Shown here: in pieces, positions 1 through 8,071 of the stretch
Position numbering within the stretch: position 1 is the first letter of the stretch
How the letters are laid out: every line of letters starts with the position of its first letter
NCBI GenBank assembly: GCA_964639615.1
Contig: CAZXHH010000001.1
Span: 68,092-132,091, forward strand
Reading direction: 5' to 3'
Source of the DNA: Candidatus Woesearchaeota archaeon
GTDB taxonomy: Archaea > Nanobdellota > Nanobdellia > Pacearchaeales > GW2011-AR1
DNA: 64,000 bases
Position numbers and translations under genes: made by a program
The notes under the pieces: model-generated
The model's input: only the letters and a program-made list of their open reading frames with translations
Told to the model about the DNA's origin: nothing
The model's database searches: none

Positions 1-929
1 TTTAAACCTGCAATGTCTGCTCTAACTGTTGTTATTTCCTGATTCAAATTTTCCTGTTCTAATCCTGTAGACTCTTGAATTTTTTTATTAATATTAACAA
101 TTTTTTCTTCTGAAACCTTAATGGATTCTGAAATTTTAAGAATTTCGTGTTTTATTTTTTCAATCTCCTTATTTTTCTTAGCAATTGATTCTTCAATATC
201 TTTTATTGAATTTTTTCTTTTTGTCAAATCAACATGAATAATACTTGCTTTGAATTTTTTAATATCTGCTTCAAGTTTTTTGTACTTCAATGCTTGCTGT
301 CTTTCTTTTTCCAGATTGTTAAGATAAGCTGTTCTTTCTCTTAAAATTGAAAAAACTTCTTTTTGCTTTTCTTCTGTTTTCTCAAGCTCTTTAAGTGATT
401 TCTCTTTTCTGGATTCATAAATAGATATTCCTGAAACCTCTTCAATAATTCTTCTTCTTTCTTCTGTATGCATCTTTACAAAGTTCTGAATTTCCCCCTG
501 AAGAACAATGTTAAATCCATTTGGGTCTACTCCTGCCTGTGCAAGCAAAGAGATAACTTCGTTTCTTGTTTTTGTCTCATTGTTAATCTTGTAAATACTT
601 TGTCCATTTACTCTAACTATTCTTTTAATTGATATTTCATCTACATCCATTGCAAAAACTTTATCTGAATTATCAAATACAATTTCAACCATTGCTTCTC
701 TTGCAGGTGAAGCTGCTTTTGTCCCCTGAAAAATTAAATTTCTTGCTTTTGCTGCTCTCATAGATTTAATGCTTAATCTACCTAAAACAAAACATAATGC
801 ATCTGAAATATTTGATTTACCGCTTCCATTAGGCCCTAGAATTACATTAATACCGGATGTAAAGGGTATATCTGTTTTTCTTGGAAAACTTTTGAAACCA
901 TGCATTGTTAATCTTTTTATATAAGCCAT
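1..929 (-). CDS. smc: Chromosome segregation protein SMC, N-terminal part (runs off window start)
   Basis: Not in the ORF track. Manual translation from ATG 929: MAYIKRLTMHGFKSF...GINVILGPNGSGKSNISDALCFVLG...MRA...FNIVLQGEI (Walker A and Q-loop), then coiled coil. GGTGAGG SD upstream. Confidence 0.95.
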   Translation of the reverse strand, partial: MAYIKRLTMHGFKSFPRKTDIPFTSGINVILGPNGSGKSNISDALCFVLGRLSIKSMRAAKARNLIFQGTKAASPAREAMVEIVFDNSDKVFAMDVDEISIKRIVRVNGQSIYKINNETKTRNEVISLLAQAGVDPNGFNIVLQGEIQNFVKMHTEERRRIIEEVSGISIYESRKEKSLKELEKTEEKQKEVFSILRERTAYLNNLEKERQQALKYKKLEADIKKFKASIIHVDLTKRKNSIKDIEESIAKKNKEIEKIKHEILKISESIKVSEEKIVNINKKIQESTGLEQENLNQEITTVRADIAGL

Positions 930-1008
930 TAAAAGATAACCTCACCAATCTCTTTTGTTTTCACCATGATATATTCAGTAAATATAGGTTTTTAAGATTT
1001 TCAGAACT

Positions 1009-1680
1009 TTAAATCAATGTTCTTTGGGCAGTCTTAGCAGCATTTGTCTTCCAAGTTTCCCAGGTTTTTCTAAATATTCCATCGTTTTCATGCAAATGTG
1101 CTTTTTTTTGAAGAAACATCATTGTTGCAGGATCTGAAGGATATCCCGAACCAATTTCATCACCATATATTTTTCTTAGATTATCCATCTCTGTTTCCCT
1201 TGCACATTTAGCAAGAATTGATGCAGCTGAACAAGCAATGTGATTTTTATCTGCTTTATGCTCACAAGATATTTCTAAATTTGATAAATTTTCAACTTTG
1301 GTCCTTAAAAGATTAGCCCACTTAGTTATTTCTACTGATGGGCAATCAATTACTACCTTAATTTTAGAATAACCTTTGTTTATTCTATTGATTATTTCTG
1401 CCATTTTGAATGCCTCTAGATGATTTAGATTTGTACCTGAAAGAAGTGTCTCATCTATTTCTGTTGCCGGTGTGACAATAACCTCAAAAGTTTCTGCTTT
1501 TTCACGAATTATATTTGCTAGAAACTCTCTTCTCTTTTGAGTTAATTCCTTACTATCTTTTATTCCTAATTTTTTGAATTCTTTTTCTGTTGCCTCGTTA
1601 ATTAAACATCCTGCTAGTATCATTGGACCAATAACTGGACCTCTTCCTGCATCATCAATACCAAGAATTAACTCACCCAT
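1009..1680 (-). CDS. rnhB: Ribonuclease HII
   Basis: GIDDAGRGPVIGPM, DSKEL, HKAD, AASILAK and GSGYPSDP motifs. Confidence 0.95.
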   Translation of the reverse strand: MGELILGIDDAGRGPVIGPMILAGCLINEATEKEFKKLGIKDSKELTQKRREFLANIIREKAETFEVIVTPATEIDETLLSGTNLNHLEAFKMAEIINRINKGYSKIKVVIDCPSVEITKWANLLRTKVENLSNLEISCEHKADKNHIACSAASILAKCARETEMDNLRKIYGDEIGSGYPSDPATMMFLQKKAHLHENDGIFRKTWETWKTNAAKTAQRTLI

Positions 1681-1733
1681 AGATGTTTTAAAATAAGAAC
1701 GTTTTTAAGAATTACTGTAATAAATAAATAAGA

Positions 1734-2567
1734 ATGGAAAATTTTCAAATAACTGTAAAAAAAGCACTTTTTGGGTCAGAAATAGAATTTATTCTAAAAG
1801 ATATTGAAGAAGAGATAGCTAAAGATTTTATAGAAGAGGCTTATCAGGAAGGAATACGTTTACAAAAAATATTCAATATTTATAATAAAAATAGTGATTT
1901 GTCTTTGCTGAATAAAGAAAGAAAAAGAAAAATGCCAGAAGAATTTATTTACGTTTTAAATGAGGCATTAAAAATGTGTAAAGAAACAAATGGAGCCTAT
2001 GATATTTCGCTTGGTGCACAATTTTTAGAAAGAAAAAATGGTAAAGAAATTCCAAAATTAGCTTGTTCCTATAAAGATATTGAAATAATTGGAAATGTTA
2101 TTGAATTAAAAAATAAAGAAGTAATAATTGATTTGGGAAGCATTGCAAAAGGGTATATTACAGACAAGATGGCAGATTTTCTTCAGTCAAAAGGAATATC
2201 TGCTGGGCTTATTGATAGTAGAGGAGATATTAGAATATTTGGAAATGACCAAATAGAGATAGCAATCCAGCATCCAAGAGATAAAGAAAAATTTATTGAA
2301 AAAATAAAACTTTCAAATAAAGGCGTTGCAACCTCTGGAGATTATAAACAATTTAATGAAAATTTTGATAAATCCCATATAATAAATAAAAAAGAGTTTA
2401 TTTCTGTTACCGTTGTTGCCGAGAGTCTGACTGAAGCAGACTTATTTGCAACTGCACTAATGGTTTTACCTAAAAATAAGGCTGAAGAATTGTTAAAAAA
2501 GAACAAGAAAATTCGAGCATTGTCTATCGATAAGGATTTAAAGGTAGTTAGATATAATGATTTTTAA
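1734..2567 (+). CDS. apbE: FAD:protein FMN transferase (ApbE family), no evident signal peptide
   Basis: TNGAYDIS, IDLGSIAKGY, ATSGDY, SHII and ADLFATAL motifs. Confidence 0.92.
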   Translation: MENFQITVKKALFGSEIEFILKDIEEEIAKDFIEEAYQEGIRLQKIFNIYNKNSDLSLLNKERKRKMPEEFIYVLNEALKMCKETNGAYDISLGAQFLERKNGKEIPKLACSYKDIEIIGNVIELKNKEVIIDLGSIAKGYITDKMADFLQSKGISAGLIDSRGDIRIFGNDQIEIAIQHPRDKEKFIEKIKLSNKGVATSGDYKQFNENFDKSHIINKKEFISVTVVAESLTEADLFATALMVLPKNKAEELLKKNKKIRALSIDKDLKVVRYNDF

Positions 2568-3870
2568 AATGAATCTCAAAAAAAGTATATTGATTTTAAT
2601 TACAATTTTAATTGTAGGAATACCTATATTACTAGTTAGTCTTAATAGTTCCGGTAAATTTGCTGATTACGGAACAGCTTCACACACTCTAGGACAAATT
2701 GCTGGATTAACAGGCATGACTCTTTTTGCACTTACATTTATTCTTTCAACAAGAGCAAAATTTATTGAAGATGCTTTTAATGGATTAGATAAAGTATATG
2801 GAGCACACGGGGTTTTAGGAGCTAGTGCATTTATACTAATACTCTTTCATCCACTTCTACTTGTTTTAAGATTTATTCCAGAAAAAATTGACCTTGCTGC
2901 AAAATATCTTTTACCTCACGGAGCCTTATCAATAAATTTCGGAATAATTGCACTTGTAGGAATGATTATTCTTATTTGCTTAACAATTTATTCTAATATA
3001 AAATATAATCGATGGAAATTTTCACACGAATTTCTTGGAGCAGTATTCATTTTAGCTGCACTACATATTTTTTTAGTAAGAGGAACAGCTTCCCAAGATA
3101 ACATCTTTGGAGGATATTACATTTATGCAATTGTTATTTCCTTAATTGGATTAATAGGATTTGTTTATAACTTGTTATTAAGAAACAAGATTGCTCCCCA
3201 CAAAAGCTATCAAATAAAATCTGTCAATAAACTAACAAATTGTATTTATGAAATAATTCTCTCCCACGAGAAAGAGCAATTAAGATATAAATCTGGGCAA
3301 TTTGTTTTTGTTAAATTCAAAAACAAGATAGTTGGAAAAGAACCACATCCTTTTTCATTAGCTTCCTCATCAAATAATCCTTTATTAAGAATAATAGTTA
3401 AGAATCTTGGAGATTTTACAGGAAGTTTAGACAATTTAAGAGTTGGAGATAAAGTAAATGTTGAGGGTCCATATGGAAGATTTAATTATAAGCGCCATGG
3501 AAGAGAACAAATCTGGATTGCAGGTGGGATAGGAATTACTCCTTTTATTGGGATGGTTGAAGATTTAATGAAGAACAAGTCTCCTCAATCTGTTGAATTG
3601 TATTACACTGCAAAAACAAAAGAGGATTTAGTTTGTATTAATGAACTTAAAGAGATTGAATCAAAAACAGCTAATTTCAAAGTTATCCCCTGGGTTTCAA
3701 ATGAGAAAGGATATTTAACAGCTAAAGAAATAACTAAAGGTAAAAACTTGAATAGTAAAGACTTTTTTATATGTGGTCCTGAAAAACTTAAACAAGATAT
3801 TACTTCTGGGCTAATTAATCTTGGAATAAAAAAAGATAAAATAAATCAGGAGGAATTTGGATTCAGATGA
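2557..3870 (+). CDS. Ferric reductase-like transmembrane (diheme b) protein fused to an FNR-type FAD/NAD(P)H domain
   Basis: About 6 TM helices with paired His (GAH..LFHP, FSH..ALH), HPFS FAD motif, VEGPYG, AGGIGITPF, CGP and C-terminal EEF. Confidence 0.9.
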   Translation: MIFKMNLKKSILILITILIVGIPILLVSLNSSGKFADYGTASHTLGQIAGLTGMTLFALTFILSTRAKFIEDAFNGLDKVYGAHGVLGASAFILILFHPLLLVLRFIPEKIDLAAKYLLPHGALSINFGIIALVGMIILICLTIYSNIKYNRWKFSHEFLGAVFILAALHIFLVRGTASQDNIFGGYYIYAIVISLIGLIGFVYNLLLRNKIAPHKSYQIKSVNKLTNCIYEIILSHEKEQLRYKSGQFVFVKFKNKIVGKEPHPFSLASSSNNPLLRIIVKNLGDFTGSLDNLRVGDKVNVEGPYGRFNYKRHGREQIWIAGGIGITPFIGMVEDLMKNKSPQSVELYYTAKTKEDLVCINELKEIESKTANFKVIPWVSNEKGYLTAKEITKGKNLNSKDFFICGPEKLKQDITSGLINLGIKKDKINQEEFGFR

Positions 3871-4139
3871 ACTTAAAGAAAGCTGTTGGAATATCATTAA
3901 TTATCTTTATACTAGTATTTGGTAATATAATTGCATTTGGTTATTTTGGAACCAAATTAACAAAAGTTGAAAATCCTATAAATTCTTCTAGTTCAGAAAA
4001 TACAACTAATTTGGAAAACAAAACAAAAGTAAATTCTAGTGCAAATATTAGCAAAACTGTTATTAATGAAACTAAAAATCAAACAACTGTAACGCCTAAA
4101 CCGACGCCAAGTCCTCCCCCAGTTACAAGAGCTTCATAA
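3867..4139 (+). CDS. Single-TM protein with N/S/T/P-rich stalk ending in VTRAS
   Basis: ATGA overlap with the upstream gene, N-terminal KK plus hydrophobic helix, 7 N-x-S/T sequons, Pro-rich linker. Confidence 0.8.
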   Translation: MNLKKAVGISLIIFILVFGNIIAFGYFGTKLTKVENPINSSSSENTTNLENKTKVNSSANISKTVINETKNQTTVTPKPTPSPPPVTRAS

Positions 4140-4193
4140 TACTTCTAGATATGTTTAAAAATGAAAGTTATCTTTGAAAAGTATTAATTATAT

Positions 4194-4269
4194 AGCGGGG
4201 TGGAGCAGCCTGGAGTGCTCGCCGGGCCCATAACCCGGAGGTCGTGTGGTTCAAATCCCACCCCCGCTA
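4194..4269 (+). tRNA. Initiator tRNA-Met (CAT)
   Basis: Acceptor AGCGGGG/CCCCGCT with A1-U72, anticodon arm CCGGG-CCCATAA-CCCGG with three G-C pairs, TTCAAAT T-loop. Confidence 0.93.
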
Positions 4270-4289
4270 TTCTTAAAAGAGAAAACAAG

Positions 4290-4460
4290 ATGAAAATATT
4301 TACAAGAAAATTTGGAATTATTTTGCTGATTGTTGGAATTGCTTTTCAATTTCTAAATATGTTGACTTATGGTTTGTGGGGAATTGACATTGATATTCTT
4401 GGAGCTTTAATTTTCATAATTGGATTAGTGATTATGATAGCTTGTTGGAAGAAAAAGTAA
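4290..4460 (+). CDS. Small 2-TM membrane protein (56 aa)
   Basis: ATG 4290 lies downstream of the tRNA; two hydrophobic helices; KKK end. Confidence 0.7.
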   Translation: MKIFTRKFGIILLIVGIAFQFLNMLTYGLWGIDIDILGALIFIIGLVIMIACWKKK

Positions 4461-4628
4461 ATAATAGCTTACCAGATTTATTACACACTACAAGAAACCT
4501 TATGTTTTTTACTTACTAACTACATTGTGTGCCATGTGAGAGATTTAAAAAGCTTTCCGTCGCTGACATTAGCTTTAAATAGTTTCAGTTTGAGACTAAA
4601 AAGGCAAGTACAATGGAGAGAACAAAAA

Positions 4629-5405
4629 ATGGCAACCAAAACAAACAAATTAAAAAAAAGAAAGATGCCTGTAATTGCATTAGCCCAAATAAGATATTCT
4701 GGTGAAAATAATGTTCAAAAGATAAAAAAATTCATAAAATTAGCCAAAAGTAAAAAAGCTGAAATTGTTTGCTTCCCTGAAAGTTGTGTGAGCAAGTATG
4801 AAAATCTTTCTTTAACTGACCCTTTAGTAAAAGAAATTAGAAAGGCTTGCAAAGAAAACTCAATCTGGGCAATTGTTACAGATTCTTTTGAATTCAAAGA
4901 AAATTACTACAAAGCTGCATTATTAATTGACAGAGAAGGAAACATTAGAAGACACTATAAAAAAATAAATTTATATGACGATTATACAAAAGAAGGAAAA
5001 AGAGTTTTTGTTTATCAAACTGATTTTGCAAAAATAGGAATTGCAGTTTGCTGGGACATGGCTTTTCCAAAACTTTTTAGAAATATGAAAAAAAAGGGAG
5101 CCGAAATTGTTTTTTGCCCTGCACACTGGTGTTATGAAACTAAAGCTTACAAAACAGATCATAAAAAAAAGGAAACAATTCTCTTGAAATCAATGGTACA
5201 ATCAAGAGCATTTGAAAATTTAAAATTTATTGCAGTATGCAATCCTGTTCTTACAAGAAAGGATATAATCTCTTATTCAGGAATATATTCTCCTCATGAG
5301 GTTCTTGAAGAAATAGAAGATAAAGAAGGATTAATAACTGCTAAAGTTAATTTAAATGAAAGTAAGAAGTTCTCAAAGATTTATCCTGGAAAAGGGAAGT
5401 GGTGA
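4629..5405 (+). CDS. Carbon-nitrogen hydrolase (nitrilase superfamily)
   Basis: VCFPE, YKKINL and IAVCWD give the E-K-C triad; SRAFEN. Start moved to ATG 4629 after GGAGAG. Confidence 0.9.
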   Translation: MATKTNKLKKRKMPVIALAQIRYSGENNVQKIKKFIKLAKSKKAEIVCFPESCVSKYENLSLTDPLVKEIRKACKENSIWAIVTDSFEFKENYYKAALLIDREGNIRRHYKKINLYDDYTKEGKRVFVYQTDFAKIGIAVCWDMAFPKLFRNMKKKGAEIVFCPAHWCYETKAYKTDHKKKETILLKSMVQSRAFENLKFIAVCNPVLTRKDIISYSGIYSPHEVLEEIEDKEGLITAKVNLNESKKFSKIYPGKGKW

Positions 5406-5969
5406 TTACGTTTTTCTTAAAATTTTCTTTTCAAGATTTAGCAGTGTAAAAAATCCAATTAATGCAAAAAGACCTGTTATTATGAATACCCATTCAAAAC
5501 CTATTTTTTCAGCAACCCACGCTCCAATTCCTGCTGTAATAGCTGTTCCTATACTTACAGAAGAAGAGTAAATTGCATATTGGAAGCCTCTTTTTCCTTT
5601 TTCTAAGTTTGAAGTGAAAAAACTAGACCAGGAAGGATAAGCAAATGCTGCTGCTACACCATAAATAAATTCAACTACATAAATATGGTAGATCTTTGTT
5701 GAAAGAATATATCCTATTGGAACTAAAACAAATAAAGCTGTTCCAAATCTCAGCATCCATAATCTGTCTTTTGGATTAAATTTGTAAGCAAATAATATTT
5801 GAAGAAGAGCATGAGTTATCATAAATATTGCGCTTGCAATACCTGCAGCCATAATTGTTCCACCAATAAGATTATCTTTTATGAAAATTGCAAGAATTGG
5901 AGAAACTAATCCAAATCCGCTTAAAACAAAAATATCTGAAATAATCAATAATTTTAGTGTCTTATTCAT
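5406..5969 (-). CDS. Half-size MFS-like transporter (6 TM)
   Basis: About 6 TM helices; GFGLVSPILAIFI and GKRGFQYAIY...GAWVAEKIGF resemble one MFS half. Confidence 0.7.
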   Translation of the reverse strand: MNKTLKLLIISDIFVLSGFGLVSPILAIFIKDNLIGGTIMAAGIASAIFMITHALLQILFAYKFNPKDRLWMLRFGTALFVLVPIGYILSTKIYHIYVVEFIYGVAAAFAYPSWSSFFTSNLEKGKRGFQYAIYSSSVSIGTAITAGIGAWVAEKIGFEWVFIITGLFALIGFFTLLNLEKKILRKT

Positions 5970-6044
5970 CTTTTTTTACCTCAGATAAGATTATAATTTT
6001 AGGATTATAAATCTTTTTGGGACTGAATTTTTTTAGTGAATTAT

Positions 6045-6094
6045 TCAGTACTTAAAAATATTTAAATAGTACTGCAATAGTATATCAGTACTTA
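6045..6094 (+). promoter_or_regulatory. Putative operator repeats around the TATA box of the trxA-trxB-HTH operon
   Basis: TCAGTACTTA at 6045 and 6085, inverted AGTACTG at 6068, TTTAAATA at 6061, GGAGGT SD at 6097. Confidence 0.55.
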
Positions 6095-6108
6095 TAGGAG
6101 GTTAAAAT

Positions 6109-6429
6109 ATGAAACCAATTCAACTTAATGAAGAAAATTTCGAAAAAGAAGTCTTAAACAGTGAAATTCCTGTAATAATAGACTTTTTTGCTGATTGGTG
6201 CATGCCGTGTAAAATGATGGCTCCAGTATTTGAAAATTTGAGTGAACAATATAAGGGTAAGCTTAAATTTGCAAAAGTAAATACAGACGAACATCATGGA
6301 ATAGCAGCAGAATTTGGAATCCAAGGAATTCCTGCTTTGGTTATAATGTCAAAGAACAAAGAGATAGGAAGAATTGTAGGATTTGCATCTGAGTCAGTAT
6401 TGAAAAATAAAATTGATCAAATTTTATAA
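6109..6429 (+). CDS. trxA: Thioredoxin
   Basis: DFFADWCMPCK and IQGIP. Confidence 0.95.
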   Translation: MKPIQLNEENFEKEVLNSEIPVIIDFFADWCMPCKMMAPVFENLSEQYKGKLKFAKVNTDEHHGIAAEFGIQGIPALVIMSKNKEIGRIVGFASESVLKNKIDQIL

Positions 6430-6430
6430 A

Positions 6431-7351
6431 ATGGAAGAAAAAAATTTATACGATGTTTTAATTATTGGAGCTGGTGCAGCAGGATTAACTGCAGCAATTT
6501 ATTCCAATAGATATGGAATAAAAAATGCTATAATCAGCAAAGATGTAGGAGGTCTTGCAGCAACTGCTCACAAAATTTGTAATTATCCCGGATTTAAGGA
6601 AATTTCTGGTTTTGAATTAATGAATAAAGTAGGGGAACAAGCAAAAGGAATTGGTGTTGAGATAATTAACCAGGAAGTCTTAGAAATTAAGAAGAAAAAA
6701 GACTTATTTATTATTAGAACACAGAAAAACGAATATTATTCTAAAAAAATAATTTTCTCAGCAGGAATGCAAAGAAGAAAATTAAATATTGAAGGTGAAG
6801 AAAAATTATATGGCAGAGGTGTAAGCTATTGTGCGACATGTGATGCTGGATTTTTTAAAAATAAAATTGTTTCTGTTGTAGGCGGAAGCGATGCTGCATT
6901 AAGTGCAGCACTTTTAATTGCAGAATTTGCTTCTAAGGTTTATATTATAAGCAGAAGAGGAGATTTCTCTAAGGCAGAAGCTGCCTGGGTAAAACTTGTA
7001 AACTCAGAAAAAAAGATTGAATCATTATTTAATGAAGAAGTTTTAGAGATAAAAGGGGAAAACAAAGTTGAATTTTTAAAATTAAAATCTGGTAGAAAAC
7101 TCCAAACAGATGGTATTTTTATTGAAGCAGGTTCTGTTCCAATGGTTGATTTGATTAATGATTTAAAGATAAAACTTGAGAACGGATTTATTAAAGTAGA
7201 CCATAATCAGGAGACAAATGTAAAAGGATTCTATGCTGCTGGTGATATAACAAATCATAAACTAAAACAGATAGTAACTGCTGCTGCTCAAGGAGCGACT
7301 GCTGCATACTCTTGTTTTGAAAAGCTTAAAACTGAAAAAGTAAAAAAATGA
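6431..7351 (+). CDS. trxB: Thioredoxin reductase
   Basis: IIGAGAAG, GRGVSYCATCD, VVGGSD and AAGD. Start ATG 6431 directly after the trxA stop. Confidence 0.93.
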   Translation: MEEKNLYDVLIIGAGAAGLTAAIYSNRYGIKNAIISKDVGGLAATAHKICNYPGFKEISGFELMNKVGEQAKGIGVEIINQEVLEIKKKKDLFIIRTQKNEYYSKKIIFSAGMQRRKLNIEGEEKLYGRGVSYCATCDAGFFKNKIVSVVGGSDAALSAALLIAEFASKVYIISRRGDFSKAEAAWVKLVNSEKKIESLFNEEVLEIKGENKVEFLKLKSGRKLQTDGIFIEAGSVPMVDLINDLKIKLENGFIKVDHNQETNVKGFYAAGDITNHKLKQIVTAAAQGATAAYSCFEKLKTEKVKK

Positions 7352-7695
7352 TTAATTTTGCGTGTAAGCAATTTGACCTTGAAGAGACAATCAGGTGCAG
7401 TTTTAGTTTAACTAAGGCAGAATTTAAGATTTTTAAATTTCTTATGAAAAATAATACTAAAAGATTTGAGAGTAAAGAACTTGCAAAAGAATTACATTTA
7501 GAACTTTCAACTGTTCAAAGATCAATGAAAAAAATGAGTGAAAATGGAATAATTATTCGTTCAAAAGTTAACTTGGAAAATGCAGGATATACTTATTCTT
7601 ATTGTATCTGTGAAAAATATAAGATAAAAAACAAGGTTAAAGAGATAATTCAGAGTCAAACTAATAAATTTGAAGAAGAAATTGAGAAGTGGTGA
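7348..7695 (+). CDS. Winged-HTH transcriptional regulator (TrmB/MarR-like)
   Basis: ELAKELHLELSTVQRSMKKMSENGIIIR HTH; ATGA overlap with trxB; N-terminal Cys residues. Confidence 0.8.
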   Translation: MINFACKQFDLEETIRCSFSLTKAEFKIFKFLMKNNTKRFESKELAKELHLELSTVQRSMKKMSENGIIIRSKVNLENAGYTYSYCICEKYKIKNKVKEIIQSQTNKFEEEIEKW

Positions 7696-7785
7696 GTATT
7701 TGTCCTAACCTCAAAACAATATATTTATAAGTATTTTTGAGTAGTTTTCTTTGTACATTTTCGTTGTAAAAACGAGATTTTTACT

Positions 7786-7866
7786 GCCCACTTCGCATAG
7801 AGGTATTGCAGGAGATTGCTAATCTCCGCCCTTCGGGGCTCGCAGGTTCGAGTCCTGCAGTGGGCG
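7786..7866 (+). tRNA. tRNA-Ser (GCT)
   Basis: GCCCACT/AGTGGGC acceptor, GGAGA-TTGCTAA-TCTCC anticodon arm, long variable arm GCCCTTCGGGGC, G discriminator. Confidence 0.93.
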
Positions 7867-7906
7867 TTTTAATAACATATATAAATAATTAATTCCTAGA
7901 TTTTTG

Positions 7907-8065
7907 ATGCCAATGGTTGACTTAGAGGATGATGGCTCAATAGAAAGAGCAAAGAAAAAAGATGGAGTTATGCATAAACATATTTATTGTCAAAAATGTG
8001 GACGTCCTAAACCATGCAGAAATCCTGATTGCACACAGTTACATTGCAATTGCAATACTCTCTAA
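7907..8065 (+). CDS. Cys/His-rich microprotein (52 aa), putative metal-binding
   Basis: Manual translation MPMVDLEDDGSIERAKKKDGVMHKHIYCQKCGRPKPCRNPDCTQLHCNCNTL; TATATAAA just upstream. Confidence 0.6.
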   Translation: MPMVDLEDDGSIERAKKKDGVMHKHIYCQKCGRPKPCRNPDCTQLHCNCNTL

Positions 8066-8071
8066 TTTTTA

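Noticed and set aside
4200..4289. N-terminal extension of ORF 4200..4460
   Set aside because: It overlaps tRNA-iMet; the likely start is ATG 4290.
4461..4628. GTG-start extension of the nitrilase, and a minus-strand MAHNVVSK fragment at 4535
   Set aside because: The extension spans promoter-like sequence, and the fragment hits several stops with no recognisable family.
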